The position numbers and the translations under genes are program-made. This document shows positions 47,647-62,529 of a stretch of 64,000 bases of DNA, piece by piece. Position 1 is the first letter of the stretch. Every line of letters starts with the position of its first letter. The DNA lies in contig ML978122.1 of NCBI GenBank assembly GCA_010015805.1, forward strand, positions 3,196,453-3,260,452. Direction: 5' to 3'. Under the pieces are notes generated by a model. It was not told the DNA's origin and did no database searches. It saw only the letters and a program-made list of their open reading frames with translations. This stretch comes from Rhizodiscina lignyota (Eukaryota).

Positions 47647-50170
47647 GCCGGCTGTGCAGAAATTATCAAAGATTACAGGGTAAATGACGATAGCTAAATT
47701 GTTCCGAGCGGAAGCTTTTGAGCATACGATGGGAGACGTGGAAAACGATCTGAACAGATGAACTGACTTTGCGTGGCTGTCACAGGGAAAACGTCCGAAA
47801 AGGGAAGAGTGTGTGGCTTGCACTAGCAGGGATAATTTCAGGGCTCCGGTCCGGCTTGGCGGCCGTCGAAATTTCAACTTCGAAATTCGCGACGTCCGTC
47901 TTCTCACACCTTTCACCAACCCAGTTGTTGAGCATTCTTTCATCCATGGCCAGACAAGCTTGTTCTGTGAGTATAGCCCCTCAACACTATACCATCCATC
48001 TTTTCCAGGAAGACATCAAATCACAACGTTCTGGCGATCTTCTGTGAGCCCCGAACTATCATGCACTACCATCTGATCTCCCCCATCTATCCCTTATATT
48101 ATGTGCAATGCATCTAGATCCCTTTACTGACAGAAGCTAAAGATACCTCCGATAGCACAAGGTTTCTTGTCCTGTCGCGGCCGTCCGAATTGAATGTGGG
48201 ATACCTGCAATCTGCCCTTTCCTGGCACAAGACCTGGCCGAATTGATGGCAGTTATTTCTAAAATGGCATCAAAGATTGGATGTGAGTCTAACTACTACT
48301 GTTATTTTATTCCACCTTAATATGATGTGTGTATATAATCAGTTCTGCTACTGAACACCATTGAAGAAAATTTTATACCAAGCTTACCATTGTCTGATCC
48401 TCATCACATTTCTCAATTCTATTTGGATTACATCTGCTTTGCTCGAGCTAACAGTTGAATTGCGATGATCAGGCCAGCTATCAATATTGACGTAGATGTG
48501 CGAACTTCGAAGTCTCAAGTGCCCGCGTTACGACTCAGAGAGAAGAGGATTGGCATGGTCATACACTGACAGCTCTACGGTCTATCTATGCTCAGATGCC
48601 GCCTCCTTCGCGTCTCCGTTACTGCCATCATGCAAGCCCAAGCCCTATTCGTCAAGCTCTATTTGCGCTCCTTACACAGCAACGGAACCCTGCCACTGTC
48701 TTTCAGGGTAGCATACATACTGTGAGTAAGCACTCATTTTCTTTGCCCTCGCGACGATGATACAAGTTCAATCCATTCAATGATCTCTTCTGCCGAGGCA
48801 CCCTCCCGCACCGGACCAGACTCCACTTGGAGCACGGGGATGATTGGTTGTGGAGTTTGAGCGTGAATGCTTCGGCACTGGTCGGGCTGGATCGTCTGTA
48901 ATGCTGTCCTCCTGCGCTGCAAAGATCATGTAGTTCGTATTGGACTGCATGGACTTGGTGGCCGGCAGGGAGTGTGACTAAACTGGCTTTTCTGAGCACT
49001 GTCTTGTCAAAGCTGAACCAATGCAATAGTTTTGGAGTGCAGTAACTAATATGTCGATAGTGGACTTCTCAGTCCTTGAGAGCCTACGTCGAGAGCCCCG
49101 AAGTGTAGATCGTGGAGACTGCGAAGACCAAATCGGCTGCTTTAAAGATATCATCCTGCTATCCGGGCTCAGAGTAGTTAGACGGCTGAGGTAAGGAAGG
49201 GTGGTGTCTCTCGCTGCGCAACCCCCACATGAAGAGTGTCAGAGGGCACTGACTACAATGGTCAATGGTCTTGATTTCGCCCTTATTTCAAGATAAGCAG
49301 CGCCTTGATGCCTGCATTCGCCCTTGATTGGGTGGAGCTACCTCTTCTCGAGCGATTAATTCCGAGAATTTCCTCTCGTGGGGTGGGATTTCACGTCATC
49401 AGCGGTCTATTGAAGCTGTGTAACACCTGTTCATTCCTTACTGCCACGCTGCCAGGGCCTTGCATATGCACGGCAGGTCGCTGTATTCGGTGTGAATTAA
49501 TATCGCCTACGCCCTGAGCTCTACGGCTTGAGACACTGTGCGACATGTCATACAAGAATTAGACTCAGCCTTCAGCTGCAAGCTTACGACGTATGTATCG
49601 ACATATCAAAAGTGCACGTGTCCTTTCGCGAGTTTTTAGCCTGAGATGCAACATGAAACAAACTAGAGGATACTTCAAATAAAGCAAATAAACCGCGGTG
49701 CACGATCGACGTCTTCATATTGCGTGTGGTGGCTAGTGGCAGCAAGCAAAGGGTGCAGTGCAGTGCGGAACCGCCGCCGTTCGGCCGCTATTCTCGGAAG
49801 GGAAATCTGGCGTGGCCTCAAACCTGCGCGAAAGCTGTCCACACAAAATCTCCTCCACCACCGTTCTCCACCACCACTCCCCCGAATCGCGCTGGAAATC
49901 ATCGACCCGCCCTCCCCCATCTCCTCCGTCGCCTCCCATTTCTATTGCCGCCGAATTGGCGCTCCCATCTTGACGGGGGCCGTTGAGAGGCCGGGGGCCT
50001 GCGGTCATCTCAGGAGACGCCAGACGCCTCAGCTGCTGCTGCTAGCTGTAATTAGGCACAGCTCGCACGCAGCGAAAAAGTCGAGGCGCGCGCCAGCGAC
50101 GTGCCAGCGACGTCGTCCCCCTTCAGCTTGAATGTTGCCATCATTCAACTCATCGACAACGGGAGGGAAG

Positions 50171-51882
50171 ATGCACCGCCATGGCTATTCCAATGGCCAT
50201 ACCAGCTACTCCCTGAGGCCCAGTCGCTCCGACTTTGAACCTCACCAGTAAGCCGCCTTCTGCGCATTACGCCATCCGCTCCTGAGCGCGAGGCCGTTGA
50301 CGACGATGACACTAATGCCATGAGAATTACAGATTTCAACCTCGATCACACAACTCATTACGGAGAAGACGGCAGCTTATCTACCGGCTCGGTATACTGT
50401 GTCTCTGCCTCCCCGTCCTACTCTGGTTCTTTCCATCCCTACGAACATACATTCTGTCTACCGTCACTTTAGGCGGCCTATTTTCATCATCCGAAGACTT
50501 CCAGCTTGAGACCGTGCGCTACTATGACTTGTCGAACGTGCAAGGGACTGCTCGAGGGTGGGAGCGCGAGGAGCGCATCCTGTTATGCGCACCTCTACGA
50601 GACGCAGCTCCACATCTCCCCATGTTCTTCTCCCATCTGCGAAATCTAACGTATCCGCATAAACTGATCGACCTGGCGTTCCTGGTTGGCGATTCGAAAG
50701 ATAACACAATCACTCTGCTCACGGAGCTCCTCGAAAGTTTGCAACATGACAAGGATCCCAATATGTGGTATGGCGAGATATCCATCATGGAGAAGGACTT
50801 TGGGCAGACAGTCAATCAAGACGTAGAATCACGTCACGGTTTTGCTGCCCAAGCAAGCAGACGAAAGAGTATGGCGCAGGCGCGCAATTGGCTTCTGAGC
50901 GCAGCACTCAGGCCCACGCACAGCTGGGTCTACTGGAGAGACGTGGACGTTGAGACGGCTCCTTTTACAATTTTGGAAGATTTGATGCGGCATAATAAAG
51001 ATGTTATTGTTCCTAGTAAGTGGTGCAAAATCCACATGAATCTATTGGAAGCTGACTACGGAAGATGTGTGGCGTCCACTCCCTGACTGGCTCGGTGGCG
51101 AGCAACCTTACGATTTGAATTCCTGGCAAGAGTCCGAGACTGCTCTTGCACTTGCAGACACCCTTGATGAAGATGCGGTCATTGTCGAGGGATACGCAGA
51201 ATATGCCACGTGGAGGCCGCATCTTGCGTACCTGCGTGATCCTTATGGAGATCCTGATATGGAAATGGAGATTGATGGTGTGGGGGGCGTCTCCATCCTT
51301 GCGAAGGCAAGAGTCTTTCGCCAGGGTGTCCACTTCCCTGCTTTCAGCTTCGAAAAGCATGCTGAGACTGAAGGCTTCGGAAAGGTAATTCAATACTCAG
51401 CCGAGATTGCATCGTTCACCTTTCTGACATTAGCATAGATGGCGAAGCGCATGAAATTCTCAGTCGTCGGTCTTCCTCACTATACCATTTGGCATTTATA
51501 CGAGCCATCCGTCGACGATATCCGGCATATGGAGGATATGGAACGGGAACGCAAGGACAAGGAAGAGAAGGAGCGAGAGGAGAGAGAGAGGATGGAGAGG
51601 ATCAAGGAGCAGTTCGACGATCCCGCCAGTCAATGGGACAAGGACAAGAATGACATCAAAGATATGGCCACAAAAGAATATCTCGAGAGCGAGGGCCAAC
51701 AGCAGGATGGCCAGCATAAGGATGAGCACGAGCAGCCCGAAGCGGATAGGGAGCAGGAGCAAGTGCCGGCTCCAGCTCCAGCTCAAGCGCAAGCGCCGGA
51801 AAAGAAGGAGGGCGAGGGCGAGAAGAAGCCCAGTGAAGAGGAGAAGAAGAGTGGCGAAGGCGAGAAGAAGGCTGAAGTGTAG
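50171..51882 (+). CDS. ANP1: Mannan polymerase subunit, GT62 alpha-1,6-mannosyltransferase family; exons 50171-50247, 50333-51015, 51065-51384, 51439-51882
   Basis: Type II TM, LTYPHKLIDLAFLV, QDVESRHGFAAQ, ARNWLLS, WRDVD (DxD), QPYDLNSW, IDGVGGV and ETEGFGKMA; three canonical introns; charged tail. Confidence 0.88.
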
Positions 51883-52808
51883 GTGGTGTAAGTTTCCTTT
51901 GCAGGAAATCGAACAAACATCTGTTTCGTCTAAATCATCATCTCGATGGTTACATGTGTTGATTGCTGTGTCTGACTGATCTTGTAGAGCAGGTAAACAA
52001 CTCTTTAAAAACCGAGAAGAAGGCAAAGCCAGACTCCTCGATCCTATGAACGAAATGGTCGTCCTTGGCAAGCCGCCACATGCCGCTCAGTAAGGCATCG
52101 CCTCAGCTGCATTATTTGTACCATGAGCGCTTCAATTCAGAGAACGTTCAGCTATTCAAAGCTTTTCTTGTGCCTGGACATTTAGGGTTATTGTATCACG
52201 ACGGCGTGTGTAAAGAGGGCAATAGTCAGAAAAACATACGGCATGTCAGCTCCTGCTTCAGAGTTGAAATAACCTCTTTTCTCGTATGGAGTTGGTGGGT
52301 TGGCCATGCTTTGTGTATATATAGAGTTTAGGCCCTCGGGTATTGAATACCACTTTGGCATGGCGTTGTATGAATAGACAAATCTTCACAAAGGCTGTGC
52401 TGGACGGATTCAATTTGGAATCGATATTCAGTTAATTTCGCAGAATGCCTTCATTTGCTATATGACATGGATTGGTGAGCATCCCATGAAACAAAATAAG
52501 GCTGGTGGGAGCGGATCGCCTTCCGTTTTCGTGAGCCCACGCGAAAGAGCCGCCTGTGGACCCTCAGAGCTGCAAGCTGAGAATAGCCTCCTCCACAAAC
52601 AGCACTTCAACGCGCTCATCTCCCTCCTCCAATGATGACCCGATCGAGGGAAAGTCATGGTGTCAAGCTTGAATAGCACCAGCTCTGGACAACTCCTTCC
52701 AAGGCAGAGACATTTCGAGAAGCCACCGTGTCTCTCTCTCCCCTCCACATCCTAGTCACTTCGAGTATATACGGCCCCAGACTCGACTAGGTAATCATCA
52801 AATTCACG

Positions 52809-55800
52809 ATGACGGTTAGGAGCAATCTACCGAGCCGGACGGCCACTCCAATTCATCGACCGTACAGCGACCACGCCGCCATGGCATCGATATCATCCAT
52901 CGAGCCTCCCCCAATCGCCGTCGCTCGCGACCCCGTCGCACTTGTTGTGCAAGAATGCATTACTGTGACGGGAGCGATGCGCAAGCACGCACGCTGGGCG
53001 CATAGCAGTGTCTCTGCTATTTTGGGTGGAGCATCTGCAAAGCCTGTGAACGCTGGCAGAGCGAGTCTTGATGATGGTAAGAGGCATTCTGCTGGAAGCG
53101 GTGCTGGTAGCAGTTTTACGGCCTTCACAGGGAACCTAGGTGACGATGAAGAGGCGCAGGCCAGTCGGTGGGGCCTGAGAGGGAAGAAGGGCAAGAGTAT
53201 GGTTGATAACCCGCTGCTGAGCGCGTTTGCGAGATTGAGGGGAGAGTTGAAAGGATGTAAAGGTGAGTTTCTTCAGACTGACAGGCTCAAGAGTTGCCTT
53301 TGCGTAGATGAGAATTTGATATATTCGCAGATATAAGATCCTTTGATACGCCTTCCCTACTGCATCCTTTCCTGCAAGTCATCCGCTCGTCTTCAACGTC
53401 CGCCTCGATTACCTCTCTGGCGCTCAATGCCATCACCAAATTCCTCTCATACAACATCATAGCGCAAGATTCACCTCGATTGCCACTTGCAATGCAGCTC
53501 CTGAGCTCCGCAATAACGCATTGCCGCTTCGAAGCATCAGATTCTGCCGCAGACGAGATTGTTCTGCTGAGAATATTGCGACTCATGGAACGAATGGTTT
53601 CAGGGCCAGGCATTGGAGATATTCTGTCAGATGAAAGCGTTTGCGAAATCATGGAAACTGGCCTGAGCATGTGCTGTCAAGTCAGGCTGTCGGAGCTACT
53701 CAGAAGAAATGCGGAAATCAGCATGGTCACGATGTGCCAGGTCATTTTTGAGAGGCTCAAGCATCTGGAAGTCGAAGCTGGAGACGAACTCCATGCACTG
53801 GACGAGAATACCAAGGATGATATGGAGACCGTGAAGATGGATCCCAGCGTAAATGGCAATACTCTGACTGTGCCAGCGGTTGGAGACGAGAAGCCTGACG
53901 GTGGTGGAATAGGAACATTGACCCCACGGACCGGCACTAGCTTGGAGCAAATAAGAGACGGCGAGGGCCACACTGGAAGCGATAGTCCCGCGCTAGGGAC
54001 TGAGAAAAATGCGAGCCAGATGGACTTGTCAACGACGGTGAAAGAGGAATCCGAAGAGGCGGCCGAGATTAAACCGTATTCTCTTCCAAGTATCCGAGAG
54101 CTCTTCCGCGTCCTGGTGGACCTGCTAGACCCGAACGACAAGCAAAGAACCGACACTATGCGCGTCATGGCGCTTCGGATTGTGGATGTTGCGCTTGAAG
54201 TCGCAGGACCGAGTATCGCAAATCATCCTTCGTTGGCGAGTTTGGCAAAGGACACGCTGTGCAGACACTTGTTCCAGCTTGTGCGCAGTGAAAGCATGGC
54301 AATCCTGAATGAGTCTTTGCGAGTGGCTGGTACGTTGCTAGCTACTTGTCGTGGAGTTCTCAAGCTGCAGCAAGAGCTGTTTCTGTCTTACATTGTGGCA
54401 TGCCTCTTCCCGAAGGTTGAGATACCCCAGGAACCGGGAATCGATCCGAAGCTGTATGAAGGCGTTCCACAGGCACCAGGTGTGGTCAAGCCAGCAGCAA
54501 GCCAGCCAAGCAGCGGAAGGGCAACTCCTGTTCCAGTAAAAGACAGGCAGAGATTGGGACTTGAAGGAGGCTCTCGGAAACCGGATGCAAGAGAAGCCAT
54601 GGTGGAGAGCATTGGCGCCTTGGTGAAGATACCATCATTTATGGCCGAGCTTTTCGTCAATTACGACTGCGAGATTGACCGCAGCGACCTTTGCGTTGAC
54701 ATGGTTGGCCTGCTATCGCGGAATGCTTTTCCGGATTCTGCGACCTGGAGCACGACGAATGTACCGCCACTCTGTCTGGATGCGCTATTGGGATATGTCC
54801 AGAGTATCGCGGATAGGTTGGATGACCCTGTGGGTAACGACGCAACAGAGGATGTAAAGCGACTAAAGAGACAAAGGGAATTGAAGAAAATCATTTCCAA
54901 AGGCGCAAGCAGATTCAATGAGAGCCCCAAGAGTGGCATTGCCTACCTAGCAAGTCAGGGAATCATTGACAATGTCGACAATCCAAAGTCGATCGCGGAG
55001 TTTGTCGGGGGTACTACTCGTGTCGATAAGAAGGTTCTCGGTGAATATCTTGCAAAGAAGGACAACGTCGAAATCCTCAGGGCATACATGGAGTCTTTCG
55101 ACTTTTCTGGCCAGCGTGTGGATGAAGCATTGCGACAATTGCTGTACAGCTTCCGGCTTCCGGGCGAATCACAGCTGATTGAGCGCATCGTGACAGAGTT
55201 CTCTGAACAATACTGCGCGAAAGTGCAGCCGGAAAGCATAGCGGACAAGGATGCTTGCTTCGTGTTGACTTACAGCATTATCATGCTCAACGTCGACCAG
55301 CATTCGCCTAAAGTCAAATCCCAGAGTCGTATGTCGGTCACGGATTTCACAAAGAATTTGCGAGGCGTCAACAACGGTAGTGATTTTCCCATTGAATATC
55401 TGCAAGAGATATATGACGCCATCAGAACGGCCGAAATTATCCTTCCAGAGGAGCACAACAGCCAGGACGCATACGACCATGCTTGGAAGGAGTTGCTGGT
55501 CAAGGTCCAATCGGCTACAGACATGATTCCTTGCGACTCGAATGCATTCGATGCTGAAATGTTTGCTGCTACATGGAGACCCATCGTGGCTACGCTTACT
55601 TACGTTTTCATGTCGGCTTCGGATGACACCGTCTTCAACCGAGTCATTACAGGGTTCGACCAATGTGCGAAGATTGCATCCAAGTATCAACTTACAGATG
55701 CCATGGATCAACTGGTCTTCTGCCTCGCTAGTATCAGTACCCTGGCAACTGATGCAGCCCCAGATGTCAGTCTGAATACTGAGGTGCAGACTGGAGAAAA

Positions 55801-58003
55801 GAATGTCATGGTCAGCAAGACGGCCGTGACCTTCGGTAGGGAGTACAAAGCGCAATTGGCAACAGTTGTACTATTCCGTGTGGTTACTGGCCACGAGTCG
55901 GCTATTCGAGGCGGATGGGTGCACCTCGTACGGATCATGCTCAACCTTTTCATCAATGCTCTCATCCCGCCATCGTTCAATTCGATCTCGAAGACAATCG
56001 ACGTGCCGCCGATTCCGTTGCAACCACCAACTCAGGTTATTGAGCGAGAGAATAGGTCGAGCGAGGCCGGCTTGTTCTCTGCGTTCACCCAATATGTCAC
56101 GAGCTTCGCAAATGATGAGCCGCCAGAGCCATCAGACCAGGAGATTGAGTACACCCTCATCACGGTAGACTGCGTCAATGCTTGCGGCTTTGACGAAATT
56201 TTTGCCAATATCAGGTATGTCTGTTCTTTGTCGTGAAGCACATGTCGCTGACCTGTCCGACAGCCGCATGCCAGTGGATTCTCTGAAGCCTCTCCTAACA
56301 TCACTTCTCCTGCAAATACCTGAAGACATGTCTCCTCGTGTTATTGTTGTAAAACCAGACCTACCTCCACCTTCACCCGCCCGACCACCTCCCAATGGAC
56401 CTGTAAAGGTACGACATGGTGCCACAGGGCCAGCATACAACCCGCAGCTCGTCTTTGTACTTGAACTGTGCACCATCATCGCTCTCCGAGACGAGCAAAC
56501 GATCGAAGTTTTCGGTAAGGATATCGCAGATGCGCTCCAGACGATCATCCGAGACGCGGCAAATTACCATCCGAGCGTGACGAGCCGCGCCGTGTATTAT
56601 CTTCTCGCCCTCCTCAACGCAAGTGCGAACGCGCATGACTTTATCCGCGCTCCTGTGGTACTGCATCATCTCTCTTCCTTCCCGCAAGAACTGCTCGAAC
56701 AATCTGCGATGCCGCTGCTGCGTGGTCTTAGCGATTGCATCAACGGCCCTGCACCTCTGAGAAGCGAGGTTGCCACGTCACCCGACTTCTGGAGTATCCT
56801 CAGATCGCTGGCAACGGCGCCAGACGCGAGTGCTGCCGTATTCAAGATTGCGGAGGATCTAGTGACCAGAGAGAAGGGTGTTGGCGCGGACAACTACGAG
56901 GCCATTGTCACGCTGCTGAATGACTTTGCGACTGCCGGTAGCGTTGGTGCGTATGAAGAACAGCGACGGGATGCTTCTTCGAGAGACGGCAGAGACAAGG
57001 GGAAGGGAGGCGAGAAGAGGAGACGCAAGAGCAAGAATGAGGAGGCTGTCATCAGAGGAGTCAACGCTGTGGGGCTGATCTGGGGTCTTATCGGGAGGGT
57101 GCAAGCTTGGATTGAAGGCAGCCATTTGGAGAGAGAAAAGGGTAAGCTTATAATACCAGGATAACAATACGCCGTGCTGACATAACCGTAGCATGGACAG
57201 CGTACTGGTCTCCCATCTTCCAGACCCTGACCACTCAATCACTCAATCCCTGCCGAGCCATTCGATCGACGGCTCTCGCCTCTCTACAGCGGTGTCTACT
57301 CTCGGAGACTTTGACCTCAATCCCCTTGAATCCCGAAAAGGACGGCGAAGAGTACGTTGTCGTGTTCAACAACGTCCTTTTCCCACTCATCACGCAGCTC
57401 CTAAAGCCAGAAGTCTACCAATCTGATCCTGGCGGCATGGGTGATAGCCGCGTCCAGACCGCCAGTTTGTGTGGTCGTGTATTTCTACAATACCTCGATC
57501 GCGTTGGGCCTGACTACATCACTCAAAGCAATGGCACACCGCCGGTGCAGCATTCACGGAACAGCAGCCAGACGTCGGCAACAGACGAACCGAGAGAAGA
57601 GAACGAACTCATCTCCATCTGGACGCGCATCCTGTCAGTAATGGAGCGGCTCATGACGTCGAGCAGTGGCGACAATGTGGAAGAGGCGATAACGCAGCAG
57701 CTGAAGAATATCCTGCTGGTGATGAACAGCAAGGAATATCTTGTTCCTCCGGAGCAGGATGAGCGGCATGCGGAGCTGTGGAGAGAGACGTGGAGGAGGC
57801 TGGATCGGTTCCTGCCGGGCTTGTTTGCGGAGCTGTTTCCCGAGGAGGCGAAGAATGGCCCGCCGTGGAAGATTCAGAGCCCTACGAGGACGGTGGCTCC
57901 GGAGCCTAAGCAGATGGAGCAGGTGCAAGAAGGCGAGGAGAAAGGGGAGGAGGTGGATGAGAAGGCGCCTGAGGTCGAACCGAAAGCGGATGATGTAGAT
58001 TAA
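52809..58003 (+). CDS. Large Sec7-domain ARF guanine nucleotide exchange factor, Gea/GBF1 type; exons 52809 (or 52881)-53262, 53331-56214, 56264-57141, 57192-58003
   Basis: LHPFLQVI, THCRFEASD, NYDC (HUS box) and Sec7 glutamic finger FRLPGESQLIERI, YSIIMLN.DQH; three canonical introns. Confidence 0.94.
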
Positions 58004-59041
58004 GTATGGGTTGGCATGGCACCGGCGCATATGGGGGTGTACAAAACGAGCTATCGCGTCTGTTGTATGATAGCTGACGTTGGAGCATTGGAGAGTGTGT
58101 ATACTCTTAATCTTCGAACTGGGCATATTCGGAACTTTTCCTTATTGATGGCGCCATGTCTCACCTGCCCCAGAGGCGTTAGTGAAAACCCGGGGAGATT
58201 GGGGTGTGCCCATCGTATTTGCGCCGCCGGTGACACGGTCGAGCTGGATTAGCGAAGCGGCACAAACGCAGTAGAAGCCCAGATGAAACTCGGGGGTCTT
58301 GTCTGATAACTCAGGTGCTTATCTCCTAATTTCACTAAGATCAAAGTGGCTTTCTGCCGGTGGACTGCACTGCAGCAGCGCGGGCGATGGCGAGAGGAAC
58401 TAGCAGCGCCTCGCATGGACTTACGTTAGATCTGTTTCCAGCCTTCTTAGACGCCGATGTGCAGATGACGTCGGTGTTGGAACAGCTCGCGCTGCATCGA
58501 ACAATTTCTCGCGATGATGGTGAGGAGCAGAAGGGTCCATTGCGGAGTGTCCGAGGCGCGATGATTGGCCGGCTCTGCTCGAGTCGCGACGACTTTCATC
58601 TCGGACCAAATCGCCGGGCCAAGGCGTGCACCGTGCGCCATCCGAGCCGCACTTAGCCTGTGGGTGCAGCCAATGGCGGCGAGCATGCGAGATTTGGCAT
58701 TCCACCCTCCTCCGCGCCTTTATATTCCACCACCATCGCTCCACCACGCTGACCCTCTTTCGCCCTTTCACCACGTATCTTTTCAGTGAAAGGAGGCAGC
58801 GGCGACTCTCGTTTGCTTGCGCGTGCAAGAGTCTACGCCTCGCTGTGTTTGTGGACAAGCTTCCACTGCCGCTCTTTGTTATTCCCTTCTACCTACTCTC
58901 GCTGCGGCTTACCGGGCATTCCTATGACTAGAATTGCGCGTGAGAATTGACCACTGTTCGCTTCTAATTCCCCGGGTTTACGGATTTACGGCCTTTCGCT
59001 TCCAATAGAATCCCACTGGGATCTAATAACGCACATCCACC

Positions 59042-60608
59042 ATGGCTAGAGTCGGTTCTACCCACATTTCTCGTTCGCTGTAGATGCTGACAGGTACTTT
59101 GAACAGCTCTCAATCACCACCCTTTTCACCCTTCTCGCTCTCTTCCTCGGCCTCACAAATGCCGTAAACACGGTCGCTATGAAGGGCCAGGAGCTCGTCG
59201 ACTCCAAAACAAACGAGCGCTTCGTCATCGTCGGTATCGACTACCAACCCGGCGGAGAGGCCGGATTCAAACCAGCAAGCGGACAAGACGCCCTCTCTAA
59301 CGGCACCGTATGTCTCCGAGATGCTGCGTTGCTGCAGTCCCTTGGTGTCAATACTATTCGCGTGTACAACATTGCTCCCGAGATCAACCACGACGAGTGC
59401 ATGAGCTACTTCAACACGGCCGGGATCTACTTGATCTTGGATGTAAACTCTCCATTGGCGGGCCAGTCACTGGACAGGAGCGATCCCTCAGGCAGCTACA
59501 CTGCGAGCTACCTACAGCACATCTTCAGCGTCGTCGAGGCGTTTAAGAATTTCCCAAACGTGCTTGGCTTCTTTGCAGCCAACGAGGTTATGAATGACCT
59601 GAGCACGGCGAAGGACAATCCGCCATACATCAGAGTGAGTTATATTTTAATTTTAATTTTTAGACAGAATCAGGCTCACACTGGGTTCAGGCAATTCAAC
59701 GAGATTTGAAGGCATACATCGCGAAGCACGCTAGTCGCTCATTCTCCGTTGGATACTCAGCAGCAGATGTTCGCCCTATTCTCCAAGACACATGGAACTA
59801 CCTCCAGTGTGCTATTAATGGCGACGTCAAATCCGACACATCCCGCTCCGACATGTTTGGTCTGAACTCTTACTCTTGGTGCGGCAGTGTCAACACATTC
59901 GAGACCTCGGGCTACGACGTCCTTGCAGCTATGTTCCAGCCGAGCTCCATTCCCGTGTTTTTCAGCGAGTATGGCTGCAACAAAGTGTTGCCCCGTACTT
60001 TCCCCGAAGTGCCGAGCTTGTACGGACAAAACATGACCATGCTTTCCGGTGGTCTGGTATACGAATACTCCGAGGAAGTCGCAAACTTCGGCCTCGTCAC
60101 CATCAACGACAACGGCACCGTCACCCTGCGCGTAGACTTTGACAATCTCCAGAAGCAGTACAACTCGCTCGATCTCAAGCTCCTCCAATCACAAAACACT
60201 ACTGCCGAGAACCTCACGCCGCCACGATGCTCCTCCTCGCTCATCACCTCCGGCAGCTTCTCGACCTCCTTCAACATCCCGAGTATCCCATCTGGTGGTC
60301 AAACGCTCATCAACAATGGCGTCTCCAACGCGCCGAGCGGCAAGATTGTCGACGTCAGCAACAATCTGAAGGTTACCATGCCCATCTACGCCCTGGACGG
60401 CAGCCAGCTGCCGCAGCTGAGCATCAAGCCGGTTCAGGAGAGCAACACGCCGACGGGTCAGACCACGAACACCAATGGAACCGAGACTGCTTCGGCGCCT
60501 AAGCCGTCGCACTCTGGTGCTGCAGTGAGATTTAAGGTTGGAGGTGGTGGAATCGAGGCGCTGTATGGCATTGTGGTTGCCATGGGCGTGTGGACGATTA
60601 TGTGGTAG
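59042..60608 (+). CDS. GH72 beta-1,3-glucanosyltransferase (Gas/Gel family, lacking the Cys-box/X8 domain), signal peptide and probable GPI anchor; exons 59042-59050, 59107-59634, 59691-60608
   Basis: GIDYQPGG, CLRDA..LG.NTIRVY, catalytic FAANEV and FFSEYGCN, GGLVYEY; Ser/Thr linker and hydrophobic C-terminus. A 9-nt first exon (MAR) splices in frame to the signal peptide. Confidence 0.93.
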
Positions 60609-61126
60609 TCGGATTTGATGATTCATTTTTTCGTCAAACAATTAACTTTATCTGTTTACCTTCGACAGGATCATGTATTGCGTTAACTTTGTTAACCTTC
60701 GTGTATTTTTCTTGTGGAGATGATTATCGAGGCCACCAGCAGGTTCAGGTGCTTGGAGGACTAATTTTGGCTGTGCCTTTCGAGGCTGGGAACTCGAGTG
60801 GATGATGTTGAAACCTTGAAGGTGCATATGAAAGGAACGTTGATGCATTATATCACCCCCCAGAACTCTTAGCATTATTGAGCGTCAACATTCGATGTTG
60901 AAGCCATTCTTCATGTGTCATCACACTGTCATGTGAGCATCAGTGCAATCTTCGGTCGAGCAACTTCTGTATGTTAAGATCAATGCTTAACATCGTCGAA
61001 TTTATGTGACATTTGTCTTCAGATGCTATCAGACCGTTATTCCAGCATTGATGCAACTTTGAGCATCAATGGGCCGATGTCTCACTGCCTCCTATCCATT
61101 TGTCTGTCGGCGCTCAACTACAATAC

Positions 61127-62529
61127 CTAATTATTCAGCACAAATTCGCTGTGTCCATTCGTCCCATTCTTCTTCTCTCCATTCAACACTTCCTTCTCAA
61201 CTTTCGTCTTCCTGTCACTCAAACTCTCACTCCTCTCCGCATCAAAAAATGGCCGCTCCCCATGCACGGCAGTCCGTGTTCCTTGTCGCAGAGTCGTATC
61301 ATATCCTCCCGGAATCGCCTTATGCGCCACAATCCGATTATCCCAGAACGCGACCGCGCCCGGCGTCCACTTCCAGCGCACGCGCAGATCATCCGCTTGC
61401 AAGAGATGTTCACGCAGGAAGGCCAGAATGTGGTTGGACTCCTGCATGTTGAGCTCCTGGATTTTCTCCACAAACGTGGGATTGTAGTTTAAAGATTTCA
61501 GTAAAGTGACAGGGTGCGTGCGAATCAGTGGGTGCGCCGTGGCGATGGGCGCGCGGTGCGGCGTGCCCCCGCCGTTAATAGAGGCCATGTATGCGCGGTC
61601 GGAGGAGTGGACGGCGTGCAGGCTCTCGAATGTCTTCTGGAATGTGGGTGAGAGCTTATCGTATAGCGCCGTTTGGGACGTGAAGATGGTATCGCCGCCG
61701 CTGGGTGGGGCTTTGATCATGCGCAGCATGGTGTAGGAGGGCGGGTTCAGCTCGAATGTGTGATCGCCGTGGTATTCGCTGATGTAGTTGCCGTGGGCGC
61801 GGATATTGCTGGGAAGTGTTAGTTGGATGGACATCCAGGTGAACGAAGATGGGGGAAATAGAGACAAAGGGGAACTGACCCATCGCGCCCGATGATTGTG
61901 ACATGGCGTGGATCTTGTTGGTTTGGGTCTCTGTCTTGCTGAGATGTGGTTTAGCATATGCACTCATACAATCATAAGAATCACTCACAATTCCATAGTA
62001 CGATGCAAGCTCGTGCTGCTGTTCAAGAGTCCTGCGGGCGGAGATTAACGTCAGCACAGCTTTGTCGCTCTGAGCGTGCCCATTGTCGAAGCTCCTACTC
62101 CTCCTGAACGCGTTGCTCAAGGATCGTTCAATTCAACAAAATCCCTCATCAACTGAAGTAACACGATGCTCGAAATTGATTTGCAAATGAAAGAGGGTCC
62201 CTACAAGTCCTGATCTCTGAAGAAGACAACGCTTCTCTGCAAGAACTTCAGTCAATCTACCGAGTAGCCTTTTTTGAATCTGTACGTACTTCCGCCACCA
62301 GGAGAGCCAGCTCATCCTTCTGAGCATCTGTCAAACTACCCAATTGAACGCCTTTCAGCTCCGTTCCAATGTATGGCGTAAGCTCTTCAACTGCGGTTGC
62401 CTCTGCCAGCAGCGACTTCTTTTCGGGGTCTGCGAAAAAAGCTCGGTCACGAGCAGGAGTGAACTCCTCATGTGGAGGATGAGGAGGTTTGTAAGCCAGC
62501 ACTGCTGGGGTAACTGAATTGGCCACCAT
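61127..62529 (-). CDS. TauD/TfdA-family Fe(II)/alpha-ketoglutarate dioxygenase (JLP1-like sulfonate dioxygenase); exons 62529-62290, 62236-62205, 62031-61989, 61938-61880, 61808-61127
   Basis: DRAFFADP, LTPYIGTE..GVQL, DELALLVAERSVVFFRDQD, HGD (HxD), GGDT, HPLIRTHPVT and WDNR..AH; four introns restore the frame. Confidence 0.92.

Noticed and set aside
47950..50170. ORFs in the DUF2196-ANP1 divergent intergenic region (e.g. 48703..49026)
   Set aside because: Short, in mixed frames and without motifs; treated as promoter/UTR sequence.
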